From assembly GCA_038087875.1 (NCBI GenBank), contig CM075987.1, positions 19,346,001 to 19,410,000 of the forward strand: 64,000 nucleotides of DNA, given 5' to 3'. Source of the stretch: Malacoraja senta (lineage: Eukaryota). This document shows positions 25,501 through 37,920 of this stretch, one piece after another. Each line of letters opens with the position of its first letter. Position 1 is the first letter of the stretch. The notes below the pieces were generated by a model that saw only the letters and a program-made list of their open reading frames with translations, searched no databases and was not told the origin of the DNA. The translations under genes were made by a program, and so were the position numbers.

Positions 25501-28500
25501 TTACGAGCCGCTAAGAGACGTCCCCGAGCTCCGACGTACCCGCTACGTTCATTCTCCGTGCTTACCACGAGTTCGATTTTTTTTTTAAACTCAGGAAAGC
25601 ACTTGAATGAACTCATACAGTGGGACAGGGCCATTAAACTAATCTTCCCTGTCTTCATATGATCCATATCACTCTATTTCATGCACATCCATGGGCCTAT
25701 CTAATATCCACTTACAGTAAATGTATCTATCACATCTGCTTTCACCGCCAACCTCGGTGGTGTGTTCCAGGCACCAACCACCATGTCAAAACTATCCCCG
25801 CTCATCTCGTTTAAACTTTAACCCTCTCAACTTAAAGCTATACCCTCTAGTCTCTGTCATTTCCAGTCTGGGAAGAAGGTTCTGACTGTTTACCCTATCT
25901 AAGCCTCTCACTTTTATATACTTGTATCAGGTAACCCCTTAACCTTCAATGCTCCAGAGAAAACAACCCAAGCTTGTCCAACCTCTCCTTGCAGTTCAGA
26001 GTTCCCTAATCGCGGTAGTCTGGGATACCTCTTCCGCACTCTCTCCAAAGCCTTCACATTCTTCCTGGAATGAGGCGATCAGAAATGCATGCAATGCTCT
26101 ATATGCAGCCTAACCAAAGTCCTAGAATATAACTTTGTGATTCTTATACTTTTAACAAAAGTATTTAGGACGATGGAAAGAGCAGAAAGCTAAATGAAAA
26201 GACACCTTTTCCCCCCATAAATTATACACAGCCCTAGCATGTAAAGCTTAATGAGGTGAGAAAAGAAAATGCAGAGAGTTCTAAAGTATGGGGAAAAAAC
26301 AACATTAATGTTAAGTTTTCTTTTAAAAAGATGCACATCTCCAGGGAGTGGAAGAACAACAGGTCGAAAAATTAAAAAAGAGCTTGAATTACAGGGATAA
26401 AAATGCTAAGAGAATGAGTACGCTCATAGATTTCATATCTGACCTACTGAATATGAAAGCAGGAAATACGCAAACAAATTAACTGCATCATAAGCTGTTC
26501 TGAGAATCCGTATGATACAATGTTTTTTAGAATCACAGAAAATACATGCCAACAGTTCACTGAAATATTGCCAAGATTAATAGATCAAACCCGACAGGAA
26601 AGTTTTAAAAGTTGAGAATTTGTGTGTACGGGTTAGATTAAGGGCCATCTCCCACAGAACTAGTTAACAATTTTGTTGAGGTAAAGAGTGAAATGTGGTC
26701 ACGTAACAGTAACACGAGTAGGAAATGATTCACACCAGTGATGCATTCATTCAATGAACAGCCTATCCCACCCGACAGCCATATCTCTTTCCATATGATT
26801 TCTATGCTTTCTTTTTTGTATTTTAACTTCCTTCAAAAGAATGTTGTTGAATAGAGGTGCACCTGAATATCTTCCATAAAGAACCAGTTCCACAATTCAA
26901 CAGGCAGCAATTGGTTGGTTGCGTGTTTTCATGTGTTCAGTGGATATGTGGGAATGCAAATGTGCAGTAAACAGTGGTCGTTTTGAAAGACGAGTGAAAA
27001 GTAATCAGCACTTCAGCTTGATGCTTCAGAAAGATTTGTTTCCACTTGTTTTTAATTATCATTAGATCAAAGAGAGGTTTAGTATCAGTTTCAGATTAAT
27101 AAAATAAAACAGTACAGTGTAGGAACAAAGAACTGCAGATGCTGGCTTACAAAAATAAAAGACAGTGCTGGAGTAACTCAGCAGGTCAAGCAGCATGTCT
27201 AGAAAATAAGGGTAGGTGACGTTTTGGGTTGAGACCCTTCAGACTGGTTGAGGAGGTGAGGGGGACTGCAGGAAGGAGGGGCAGGACTTTGCTTTAATAG
27301 AACAGTACAGAGCAGAAACAGGCCCTTCATTGCACAATATATGTGCCAAGCACGATGCCAAGTTAAACCAAACTCCTCTGCCGGCTTGTGATCCATAATG
27401 TGCCTTTTCAAAAGCCTCTTAAATGGCACTATCGTATCAGCCTCCATCACTGCCCCTGGCATCACATTCCATGCACCCACGACCTCCTGTGTCAAACAAA
27501 GGGAAGTAGTTGCAAACTTTTCCCCTCACACCTTAATAAGATGTCCTCTAGTCTTTGACATTTCCACTCTGGGAAAAAAGATTCTGGCTGTCTACTCAAA
27601 TTATGGCTTCCGTAATATAATATACTTCTATCAGGTTTCCCCTAAGCCTCTGCACTCCAGAGAAGACCATCCATGTTTGTCCAACCTCTCCTTGTAGCTA
27701 ATACTTTCTCATCCAGGCAGCATTCTGGCAAACTCATTGTAAAATACATACTTTAAAAAACCTCTTGCTGTCACCCAGTGCGATCTGACACAAACATACC
27801 CCGATGTAAACCTGGCCCATGCCCCTGTGGAAATATCAGCAAAACTATAAAGTGGAGAAAGAACCAGGAGAAATGTGCAAGAATGTGGCAAGTTTTACCA
27901 AGTGTGCAAATTGAGGCATATAACAAAATATTGAGTAAATGAGGATAAAGAAAATACTTGGTGAAAAATATAAACACTCAGAAGAAAAAGCACTAGAAAT
28001 TGGGATTCCATCTACAAGATCTAATCGCAAATCTAGTCTGTATACCAGGCTAAATGTCATTTTCCAATTATAATCCTTTAACAATGAGAAGAATTTTTTC
28101 TCCATACAGAGCTATCAGCTAAATATTTTGGTCTCCTGAGCTCTGTGAAGCACCAATGCCAAATTTGGCTTAGTTCAGTTCCAGCAGACTTGTATCCTCT
28201 GGGAGCTAGGTTGGAAACTATTTAAACTGGATTAACAATTTACAACCAAAACCGTTAAAACATATAATTGACGCATAGCGACTTTGCATGATTAACTCCG
28301 CGTGACGTGGTATGGAAATGCAATTCAAAGTCATACATTATATTCTTATTTCCTCATCGCCATGATTCAATTGCCACAATAGGCATCGGATCGAAATGCC
28401 ATACACCACACCATGATACATAGATACATAGATACATAGAAAATAGGTGCAGGAGTAGGCCATTCGGCCCTTCGAGCCTGCACCGCCATTCAATATGATC

Positions 28501-31500
28501 ATGGCTGATCATCCAACTCAGTATCCCGTATCTGCCTTCTCTCCATACCCCCTGATCCCTTTAGCCACAAGGGCCACATCTAACTCCCTCTTAAATATAG
28601 CCAATGAACTGGCCTCAACTACCCTCTGTGGCAGAGAGTTCCAGAGATTCACCATTTTCTGTGTGAAAAAGTTTTTCCTCATCTCGGTCTTAAAGGATTT
28701 CCCCCTTATCCTTAAGCTGTGACCCCTTGTCCTGGACTTCCCCAACATCGGGAACAATCTTCCTGCATCTAGCCTGTCCAACCCCATAAGAATTTTGTAC
28801 GTTTCTATAAGATCCCCTCTCAATCTCCTAAATTCTAGCGAGTATAAGCCAAGTCTATCCAGTCTTTCTTCATATGCAAGTCCTGACATCCCAGGAATCA
28901 GTCTGGTGAACCTTCTCTGCACTCCCTCTATGGCTATAATGTCCTTCCTCAGATTCGGAGACCAAAACTGTACGCAATACTCCAGGTGTGGTCTCACCAA
29001 GACCCTGTACAACTGCAGTAGAACCTCCCTGCTCCTATACTCAAATCCTCTTGCTATGAAGGCCAACATACCATTCGCTTTCTTCACTGCCTGCTGCACC
29101 TGCATGCCTACTTTCAATGACTGGTGTACCATGACACCCAGGTCTCGCTGCATCTCCCCATTTCCTAATCGGCCACCATTTAGATAATAGTCTGCCTTCC
29201 CGTTTTTGCCACCAAAGTGGATAACCTCACATTTATCCACATTATACTGCATCTGCCAAACATTTGCCCACTCACCCAGCCTATCCAAGTCACCTTGCAG
29301 TCTCCTAGCATCCTCCTCACAGCTAACACTGCCCCCCAGCTTAGTGTCATCCGCAAACTTGGAGATGTTGCTTTCAATTCCCTCGTCCAGATCATTAATA
29401 TAAATTGTAAATAGCTGGGGTCGCAGCACTGAGCCTTGCGGTACCCCACTAGTCACTGCCTGCCATTGTGAAAAGGACCCGTTTACTCCTACTCTTTGCT
29501 TCCTGTTTGCCAGCCAGTTCTCTATCCACATCAATACTGAACCCCCAATACCGTGTGATTTAAGTTTGTATCCTAATCTCTTATGTGGTACCTTGTCGAA
29601 AGCCTTCTGAAAGTCCAGATACAACACATCCACTGGTTCTCCCCTATCCACTCTACTAGTTACATCCTCGAAAAATTCTATAAGATTCGTCAGACACGAT
29701 TTACCTTTCGTAAATCCATGCTGACTTTGTCCAATGATTTCACCACTTTCCAAATGTGCTGCTATCCCATCTTTAATAACTGACTCTAGCAGTTTCCCCA
29801 CTACCGATGTTAGACTAACTGGTCTGTAATTCCCCGTTTTCTCTCTCCCTCCCTTCTTAAAAAGTGGGGTTACGTTTGCTACCCTCCAATCCTCAGGAAC
29901 TACTCCAGAATCTAAAGATAGCAGTTGCCGTCATGTTGAATTGAACAGTTGCTGTTCAATTTAATGAACAGACAGCCCACATTCCCCCGGGGAGAGGGTA
30001 TAATTGGGCTGACAATTTTACGTAGACCTATTCACATAAAACCAATATATTTTTTTATTCAAGGTATTCATGCAAAGATTCATGCAGTGTATATTCTGGA
30101 CGTATCACTAGAACTAGTCTCACTGAATATGAGATTAAAACTTACCCTCAGATTCTCCAGCTATATATGACCATATTTAAGGCAAGTTGTACACTTGTGG
30201 AATGGACAACATTTAAGATGAGTTCTACAGCTGTGTATTGTGCTGGAAATGAACACAAAAAACTGCCAAATCTATCCTCAACAATGATTTCCCATTCATC
30301 ATTACTCAGATTAAAAAGTAAGGTGCTGGACACGTGAAGGACTCGGCAGTCTGCAGTTGAATGCACAAATCTAAAGGGTTGAATGGCCAGTGAAGCAAAG
30401 GCAATACGAGAGGGGATTTTATTCCTGCTCTATTTGTGATCTGGAATGCTTTGCTTGGGAGGGAGGTGGAGGCAGATTCAAGCTCAGCTTTCAGAAGGCA
30501 GCCAGATAAATAAAGGGGAAACAAAAATGCAGGACTATGGGAATGAGAGGCATCAGCTGCATAATATTACCAGCTTTTATATAGAAAATAATTGATCTTC
30601 TCAGCTTCGGCAGCTTTGGCCGATTGCTTCATTGTACGAGTCAGCTTCAGAGAACCATACCTTCGAGTCCGCTCCACGTCAGGATCAGTCCGATGGTACA
30701 TCAGTCCACCATGTCTCATCGCATCCTCTGGGTTGGTAAAGGCCTGGGGAAGAGAGGAGGAGGAGGTTAGACAAGTCACTTTATAGCGAAAACATAGAAC
30801 CAAATACAGTATGTCAGTGCTTCGATATGATTACCCACAGGTTACTCCACCAGAGGAGATTGTTATTGCTGATAGTAAAACAGATCAGGATCAAATGTCA
30901 GCATGTACACACTTCAACAGCACACTTCATTATCATCTCCCTGCTCCACAACTCCAGACTTCACCATAACCCGTGCCTGCTGAGTGTCAAACGGCAGCAT
31001 TCTTGTTTCTCAAGATCATGGGTCAAAACCCATCCAAAGGCAAGATCGTTAAATCAGGCCGAAGTCCCCTCCTGCCCCCATATCCCAGTTCTCTGAATCA
31101 GTGCTGACCCACCAAGATTGACTTCTGATCAAACCTTAACCCAGGGCACTCCAACCCCTGTATAAACAATCCCTCTGCACCTTGTCACATATGAGCAGGG
31201 GTTCTTGGCAAATGTTCTCTCTCATCCAACATTCCCACAAATCACAATTGGTATCTGCATTTTTAACACCTGCAACTACTTCCTTTACAAACCAAGGCTG
31301 GAAAACATTTGGCATATTCCTAAAGTTACAAAAGACACTGAGAAATTCATTTATTCTATCCAGAACAGTACGTTACTTCCTACATTATGATCTTTTACTT
31401 TCTGCAATAACTTTAATGTCTGAAGAAGGGTTTCGCCCCGAAACATTGCCTATTTCCTTCGCTCCATAGATGCTGCCGCACCCGCGGAGTTTCTCCAGCA

Positions 31501-34500
31501 TTTTTGTCTACTATAATGCAGCATCTTATCAAATGCCTTAGGGAAATCCAAGCATAAATCCCTCCTCATCCCCTGCATGCCGTTTCTTCAAGGAACTTAT
31601 TAAACATAAGTCACCACTTACACCAATCCTTCTTTGTCCTCCCCCGATTCCCATAAATTTCCCATTTATGGTGAAAACCTGGCAAATAAGTTCAGTGTTC
31701 CAATATGATTACTGGCAGGTTCTGCGAGTAATCAGATTATTTTTGCAGACAGTGCAAACATATCAGCAACTAGTGTTGAACATAGACACAAAATGCTAGA
31801 GTAACTCAGCGGGACAGGCAGCATCTCTGGAGAGAAGGGATGGGTGACGTTTCGGGTTGAGACCCTTCTGTGAATATACAGGTGTTGACAGCACACATTA
31901 TCACCTCTCTCCTCTGCAACTCACTGTGACCAGTGCCGGCAGCGACTCGGGGTGGGGGGGGGGGGGGTGGGCAGTATTCTTGCCTCTCGAAATCATTGGG
32001 TCAAACCCCCCCCACTCCCACTCCCACTCCCACTCGCACTCCCACTCCCACTCCCACTCCCACTCCCACTCCCACTCCCACTCCCACTCCCACTCCCACT
32101 CCCACTCCCACTCCCACTCCCACTCCCCGTCCTCTGCTGATGGAGTGCTACCCATCAGGGGTGACCTCTGAAGATACTCTGATGACACATCCCCTTTAAG
32201 ATCTATTTCTCTCCCAACCACAGGCAAATGAGCCACAGCCAAATCCAATTAAGGGTTATTGGACCAATAAACCCAATCCGACATAACTATCAACCTTGGA
32301 GTCCAGAGAGGCAGTGAGAGAGAAAGCTGTGAGGGATGATTCTAGACCCACCCGTTTGTCTCTAGAAATAAAGCCCAGCGGGTGAGTTCACCTTACTGTG
32401 TGCACCAGCGTATTCATTATTGATCCGGCATCATGACTGACGCCATAAGACCTTAAACCAGGACACTCCAACTCAATGTATAAACAACCCTACAGCATCT
32501 TATCAAACATGAGCAGTGGTCTCTCACTGCATCATGGCAGATGCTTCTCTTTCATTCAACATCTCCAGAAATACAACAACCTACAGCCATAGAGTCATGG
32601 AAACATAGAAAATAGGTGCAGGAGTAGGCCATTTGGCCCTTCGAGCCTGCACCGCCATTCAATATGATCATGGCTGATCATCCAACTCAGTATCCTGTAC
32701 CTGCCTTCTCTCCATACCCCCTGATCCCTTTAGCCACAAGGGCCACATCTAACTCCCTCTTAAATATAGCCAATGAACTGGCCTCAACTACCTTCTGTGG
32801 CAGAGAATTCCAGAGGTTCACCACTCTCTGTGTGAAAAATGTTTTTCTCATCTCGGTCCTAAAAGATTTCCCCCTTATCCTTAAACTGTGACCCCTTGTC
32901 CTGGACTTCCCCAACATCTGGAACAATCTTCCTGCATCTAGCCTGTCCAACCCCTTGAGAATATTGTAAGTTTCTATAAGATCCCCCTCAATCTTCTAAA
33001 TTCCAGCGAGTACAAACCGAGTCTATCCAGTCTTTCTTCATATGAAAGTCCTGACATCCCAGGAATCAGTCTGGTGAACCTTCTCTGTACTCCCTCTATG
33101 GCAAGAATGTCTTTCCTCAGATTTAGAGACCAAAACTGTACGCAATACTCCAGGTGTGGTCTCACCAAGACCCTCTACAACTGCAGTAGAACCTCCCTGC
33201 TCCTATACTCAAATCCTTTTGCTATGAATGCTAACATACCATTTGCTTTCTTCACTGCCTGCTGCCCCTGCATGCCTACTTTCAATGACTGGTGTACCAT
33301 GACACCCAGGTCTCGTTGCATCTCCCCTTTTCCTAATCGGCCACCATTCAGATAATAGTCTACTTTCCTGTTTTTGCCACCAAAGTGGATAACCTCACAT
33401 TTATCCACATTATACTGCATCTGCCATGCATTTGCCCACTCACCCAGCCTATCCAAGTCACCTTGCAGCCTCCTAGCATCCTCCTCACAGCTAACACTGC
33501 CCCCCAGCTTCGTGTCATCCGCAAACTTTGAGATGTTGCATTCAATTCCCTCGTCCAAATCATTAATATATATTGTATAGTGGAGTCTGGAAAAGGGTTC
33601 TCCTACTGGATCCAGACAAACTATGAAGCACCATTTACACCAAACTTTCTTTATTCTCCTCATGTTCCCATTTACTCCCCCTCAGCCTGATTCTATTGCT
33701 CCTTGGCAGAAGGGACAATTTACAGTGTCTAATTAATCTACTAACCCGCAAGTCAATGCAATGTTGGAGGAAATTGAAGCCTCCAGGGAAAATTATGGTA
33801 GCAGAGAGATCGGGTAGACTCCACACAGGAAACCGAGGTCAGGTCACTGAGCCGTGGGGAGGTGACTCTACAGCTGAACCTCTGTGCTGTTCCTCCACAA
33901 CCCTACGTGCAAAATAAGTTACAAAATGACACCAAGTGCTGGAGTGACTCAGCAGATCAGGCAGCATCTCTGGAGAACATGGATTGGTGACGTTTCAGGT
34001 CGAGACCCTTCTTTAATCCTGCACTCAATCCATTGCTTCTCACCACAGTTTTCCTTCTGTATTCTTTATTTCTACATGTAAAATATGTTTCTCTTGCTCC
34101 TTGTGGCAACCCTCAAAATGACTCAATTTTAACACCTCAATTTCCATTTGATCCAGTGACTCCACCAGTTCTGCAATCCTTCACCTCAGTTCCTTTGTCC
34201 CAGAACCAGCTTCTCCTCTTTCAGTCCCCTCGGCTTCAGAATTTCCTCCTTAAACTTCCCCATCTCCCTCCCAGTCAGCATCAAAAACCTACCTCAGAGG
34301 CAAACCTGCCCCACAGTCTTATAGCAAAACTCAAAATGTTAGAATAACTAGCAGCTCAGGATGCATCTGTTGAGGGAACAGAGAGACAATGTTTTGTGTC
34401 ATTTCATTCTGAAGCAGGGTCCCAACTCAAAACATCTCTTGTCCATTCTCTCTATAAATGCTTCCTGACCGACTGAGTTCCTCCAACACTTTGTTTTGCA

Positions 34501-37234
34501 TGATTCCAGCATCTGCAGTTCCTAGTTTCTCCAAAGTCTCATTCGTCAGCCAAGCAGAAAATCTTGTTTGTTTCTGAAGATTGCTGCTTTCCCATGTTTT
34601 ACATTATTAAACATAATACAAATTTGTTAAGGTCCATCTTTTACTCTGTATATCAATCTCCATTCATTTTGGGCCCTAATGATCACTGGTCAAAATCAGT
34701 TTCTAACCACATAATTTAAGATATTTCTTCCTATTCCAAAGAAATGTGCTAGAGAAGATACATTGATGACAAACTGATCACTAGACAAAGGCGTTGCACT
34801 ATTATGTGTCAGGCAAACACAAATATCCACTCACAATTACTTAGGACGGCACAGTAGCACAACTGCTGCCTCACAGCACCAGAGACCCAGGTTCAAACCT
34901 GACCTCAGGTGCTGGGTGGAGTTTGCACGTTCTCCCTGTGACCGTGTCGGGACGAATGTGGGGTTGTGAATGTGGTACAAAATAGAATTTAGTTTAGTTT
35001 AATTTATTGTAACATGTACCAAGGTACAGGACAAGCTTTATGTTGCATGCTATCCAGTCAGCGAAAAGACTACACATGATTACAATCGAGCAGTGCAAAG
35101 TGTACAGATACCGCATAAAGGGAACATGTTGGAGCAGAGGTTTAAAAGAGTGGAGCAATTGTAACAAATGACTGCAGATCCGCTTCTGGGAACAGCACTC
35201 AGTCACCTGGCTTAGGCATCATCTTTAACTAAAGTGAATTGATGGTTGGCATGGACTTGGTGGGCCGAAGGACCTGTTTTTCTGCTGCATCTCCGAACTC
35301 AACTATTTGCGTCTCCTCATCCTTCAAGTGCATATTTCTCTTACACCTCCAATATGGGAAATCAGATTGTCACAATTGAGGATTTTTGGTTTCAGACCAT
35401 TTCAATGCAGGAGTTTCTTCACAAAGGTTTTGGAAATAAATACACCAACTGAACTGGGCATCTGTATCTGACACCCGAGTGCTTAAAGGTAGCAACATTC
35501 ACAGAGCCGCAGCGGGTGGCTGGAGTTGTGAAAGGGATCAACATGCATTTTAGGGTTAGCAACGCTCACGAACTGAATGCCGCTTCCTGTTCCTCGCGTT
35601 CTGGTTTTTTTTGAACTGCTGTTTTCTCACTCTCGTCCCAAGATCAACAGGGCTCAAACTCTGCGCCAAAAGCCCATTTATGGTCAGGGAAAGATTAGAG
35701 AGGATAAATTAAAGTGGCTGTCGTTGTGCAAACGTTAGTAAAACAACTAAAACACGACCTGGCGAGGCCCAAACACAATGTGGTTGGAAGCAAAATCTGT
35801 TTCGAACCGCATAATTTAAGATATTACTTCATATTCCAAAGAAACGTCCCTTTAACCACATCTTATTGAAACATAAGATTATTATGGGATTGGACACGCT
35901 AGAGGCATGAAACATGTACGGAGATAGATGAGGAAAAACTTTTCATCCAGAGAGTTGTGAATCTGTGGAATTCTCTGCCTCGGAAGGCGGTGGAGGCCGA
36001 TTCTCTGGATGCTTTCAAGAGAGACTTAGATAGAGCTCTTAAAGATAGCGGAGTCAAGGGATATGGGGAGAAGGCAGGAGCGGGGTACTGATTGTCGATG
36101 ATCAGCCATGATCACAGTGAGTGGCCGTGCTGGCTCGAAGGGCCGAAACTCCTGCACCTATTGTCTATTGTGGCCATCAAAAGGTTGGCTCCACTCGGTT
36201 ACAACTACATTAACAAGAACCCAGACACTTCCAAGTTTACATGGCAAGTGTCACTCTGAAAACATTGGCCCCATGGCGTTGGGATTCAGAACACGAATAT
36301 AGTACCAACTCTGACCTTAACAAGCCCAATGCTCCCCGCGCTTCAGGCATGCTTTATTTTCTATTTTCTTCCTTATTTTTTTTTGGTTAAAATAACGTTT
36401 CTTGGCGATATTTAGTGCTCGGAATGAAGGCGTTAAGAATTTCGGCAGATATTCGCGGCTGGAACAGGGAATCTCCTCTCTCTCTCCCGCTATTAAACAT
36501 GAGATCGTATATACACAAGACACTCGCCGGCACATGTTGAAGATCAACAAAGTGGAGTCTGTCTCTTCAACAGAAAAAAAACGCATGGAGCTCATCAAAT
36601 GGAAATTATGCATGCCTTAATAACAAGTGCAAACAGTACATTTAAACTGCTAAAAGCACACAGTCAAAGTTAGGCAGACATGCCGCCTGACTCGCTGAGT
36701 TACTCCGATATTATGTATTTTTTTGTAAGCCAGCATCTGTGTTCCTTGCGTCTTCATCTTAAGAACGTTTACTCGAGGTGGAGATTCGAACATCCCGCCA
36801 CATGTTAAAGTTACAAAAGCATAAACACCTGATCTCGGCCCTTGATTCAGATATATAATACAAACATTGCTAGTAGAAGATAGACACAACAAGTTGGAGT
36901 AACTCAGCGGGTCAGGCAGCATCTCTGGAGTAAAGGAATAGGTGATGTTTCGGTTCGAGACGTTCTGAAGAAGTATCTCGACCCGAAACGTCACCTATTC
37001 CTTTTCTCAGAGATGCTGCCTGACCCGCTGAGTTACTCCAGCGTTTTGTGTCTAACTTCGGTTTGAGGCAGCGTCTTGCAGTTCGTTCCTACACATTGCT
37101 AGTAGGAGACAGACAGGTTGAGTGGTCACCTTTTTGCGGAGTCGCTGCTGCCCGGTGATGAAGGCCAGTGCGTACATCTTCAGGATGAGCAGCGAGCCGT
37201 AGAAGGCGAAGCAAGCAAAGACGGCGCTGTCCAT
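19302..37234 (-). CDS. ptges: Prostaglandin E synthase (mPGES-1, MAPEG family), spliced CDS join(37130-37234,30661-30743,19302-19551), 145 aa
   Basis: Exons of 105+83+250 = 438 nt join in frame: [79 protein letters not shown]...[27 protein letters not shown]. Motifs KMY..Ax[31 protein letters not shown] and RS..YT..Q.PC match PTGES rather than MGST1. All junctions are GT-AG. Confidence 0.97.
21740..22330 (-). mobile_element. Rex1/Babar-type LINE 3' fragment in ptges intron 2
   Basis: [14 protein letters not shown] motif in ORF 21664-22212. Confidence 0.65.
25315..25633. mobile_element. MITE with GCCCTGTCCCACT termini (Harbinger- or Kolobok-like)
   Basis: Inverted ends agccctgtcccactgtac.../...catacagtgggacagggcc; TTAA on both sides; interrupts a CR1 3' region whose uninterrupted form is seen near 27360. 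Confidence 0.8.
28415..29918 (-). mobile_element. Young 5'-truncated CR1 LINE (RT domain) in ptges intron 2
   Basis: Uninterrupted 427-aa RT ORF (28518-29801), nearly identical to the 57.7-60.6 kb copy, with the same (TATCTATG)n tail. Confidence 0.97.
30661..30743 (-). CDS. ptges: ptges coding exon 2 (83 nt)
   Basis: Pyrimidine-rich acceptor cttccccag|GCC; donor AG|GTATGG; encodes [27 protein letters not shown]. Confidence 0.97.
32011..32124. repeat. (CCCACT)19 hexanucleotide repeat
   Basis: Direct count; one unit is CGCACT. Confidence 0.98.
32600..33577 (-). mobile_element. 5'-truncated CR1 LINE in ptges intron 1
   Basis: RT C-terminal fragments (KFADD..., [12 protein letters not shown]) with stop and frameshift; CR1 3' UTR. 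Confidence 0.95.
36877..37092. mobile_element. Penelope-derived fold-back (hairpin) insertion in ptges intron 1
   Basis: Inverted arms of about 80 bp; 13-bp TSD ACATTGCTAGTAG (36864-36876, 37093-37105). Confidence 0.85.
37130..37234 (-). CDS. ptges: ptges coding exon 1 (35 codons, phase 0 donor)
   Basis: ATG at 37234 (gacATGg); ends AAG|GTGACC; encodes MDSAVF...RLRKK. Confidence 0.95.
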
Positions 37235-37530
37235 GTCCTTCCCCGGGGCTCGGACTGCAGGCAATGAGCGAGGTGGCCCGGACGGTGGGCAAAGTGCAGC
37301 CGATCACGCCTACTCTCCAGCACAGCCCTGTACAGCCGTGCCCAGCCCAGCCCGGCCCAGCCCAGCCCAGCCCGTGCCCACTCCCCGTGCCCACTCCCCG
37401 CCAGCGCCGTCCCAGCTCCGCCAGACAGCTGGGGGGCTCGTTCCCACTTTGCGGAAACCGCAACCCTCCAACTATTTCCTTCAATCAGATTCCTCTCACA
37501 CGCTCAGATTTCACTTTACGCAAGGCTCAG
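37235..37530 (-). promoter_or_regulatory. GC/CpG-rich ptges 5' UTR and proximal promoter with G-rich boxes and two C/EBP-like sites
   Basis: CpG-rich block directly upstream of the ATG. (GGGCT)n run and tandem GGGGAGTGGGCAC on the minus strand; TTGCGGAA at 37449-37456 and TTACGCAA at 37516-37523. No obvious TATA box. The TSS cannot be determined. Confidence 0.6.
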
Positions 37531-37920
37531 TGGAGCAGCGAGTGTTGCGTGTTAGAGTTGCTGATTTCTAGGCTTCCTTCCTGGTGTGTGTGTGTGAAAC
37601 AAAACACAAAGTGCAGGAGGAACTTAGGCAGATGGTTAATTGGTGAATTGATGAATTGATGCAGCAGCCTCGGCAAGTCCACCAGCATGACAAAGGACAA
37701 GTTTCACCCGGGTCACTCTTCTCCCCTCTCCCACCAGACTTTACATTGCACAAAACGTTATTCCCTTGATCGTGTACCTGTGCATGGCTTGATTGTAAAC
37801 ATGTATAGTCTTTCTGCTGACTGGTTCGCACGCAGCAAAAGCTTTTCACTGCACCTCGGTACACGTGACAATTAAACAAACTAAACTTAGAATTCCTAGC
37901 AGATCATATTGTCTGGTGCA

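Noticed and set aside
28495..29783. Plus-strand ORFs overlapping CR1 copies (also at 5.1-5.8, 32.6-33.6 and 57.8-60.6 kb)
   Set aside because: Antisense or off-frame shadows of the RT ORF, repeated in every copy.
31857..32248. ORFs with (HS)n, (WE)n, (PT)n and (LP)n tracts
   Set aside because: They are translations of the (CCCACT)n microsatellite.
19302..37234. MGST1 as the gene identity
   Set aside because: RLRKKAF.NPED, HGG, DPDVER and AHRNDME are PTGES-type; MGST1 has AHLND and a different loop.
37235..37264. N-terminal extension MPAVRAPGKD resembling human MPA
   Set aside because: The first codon is TTG, not ATG. The ATG at 37234 has good context and gives a complete MAPEG protein.
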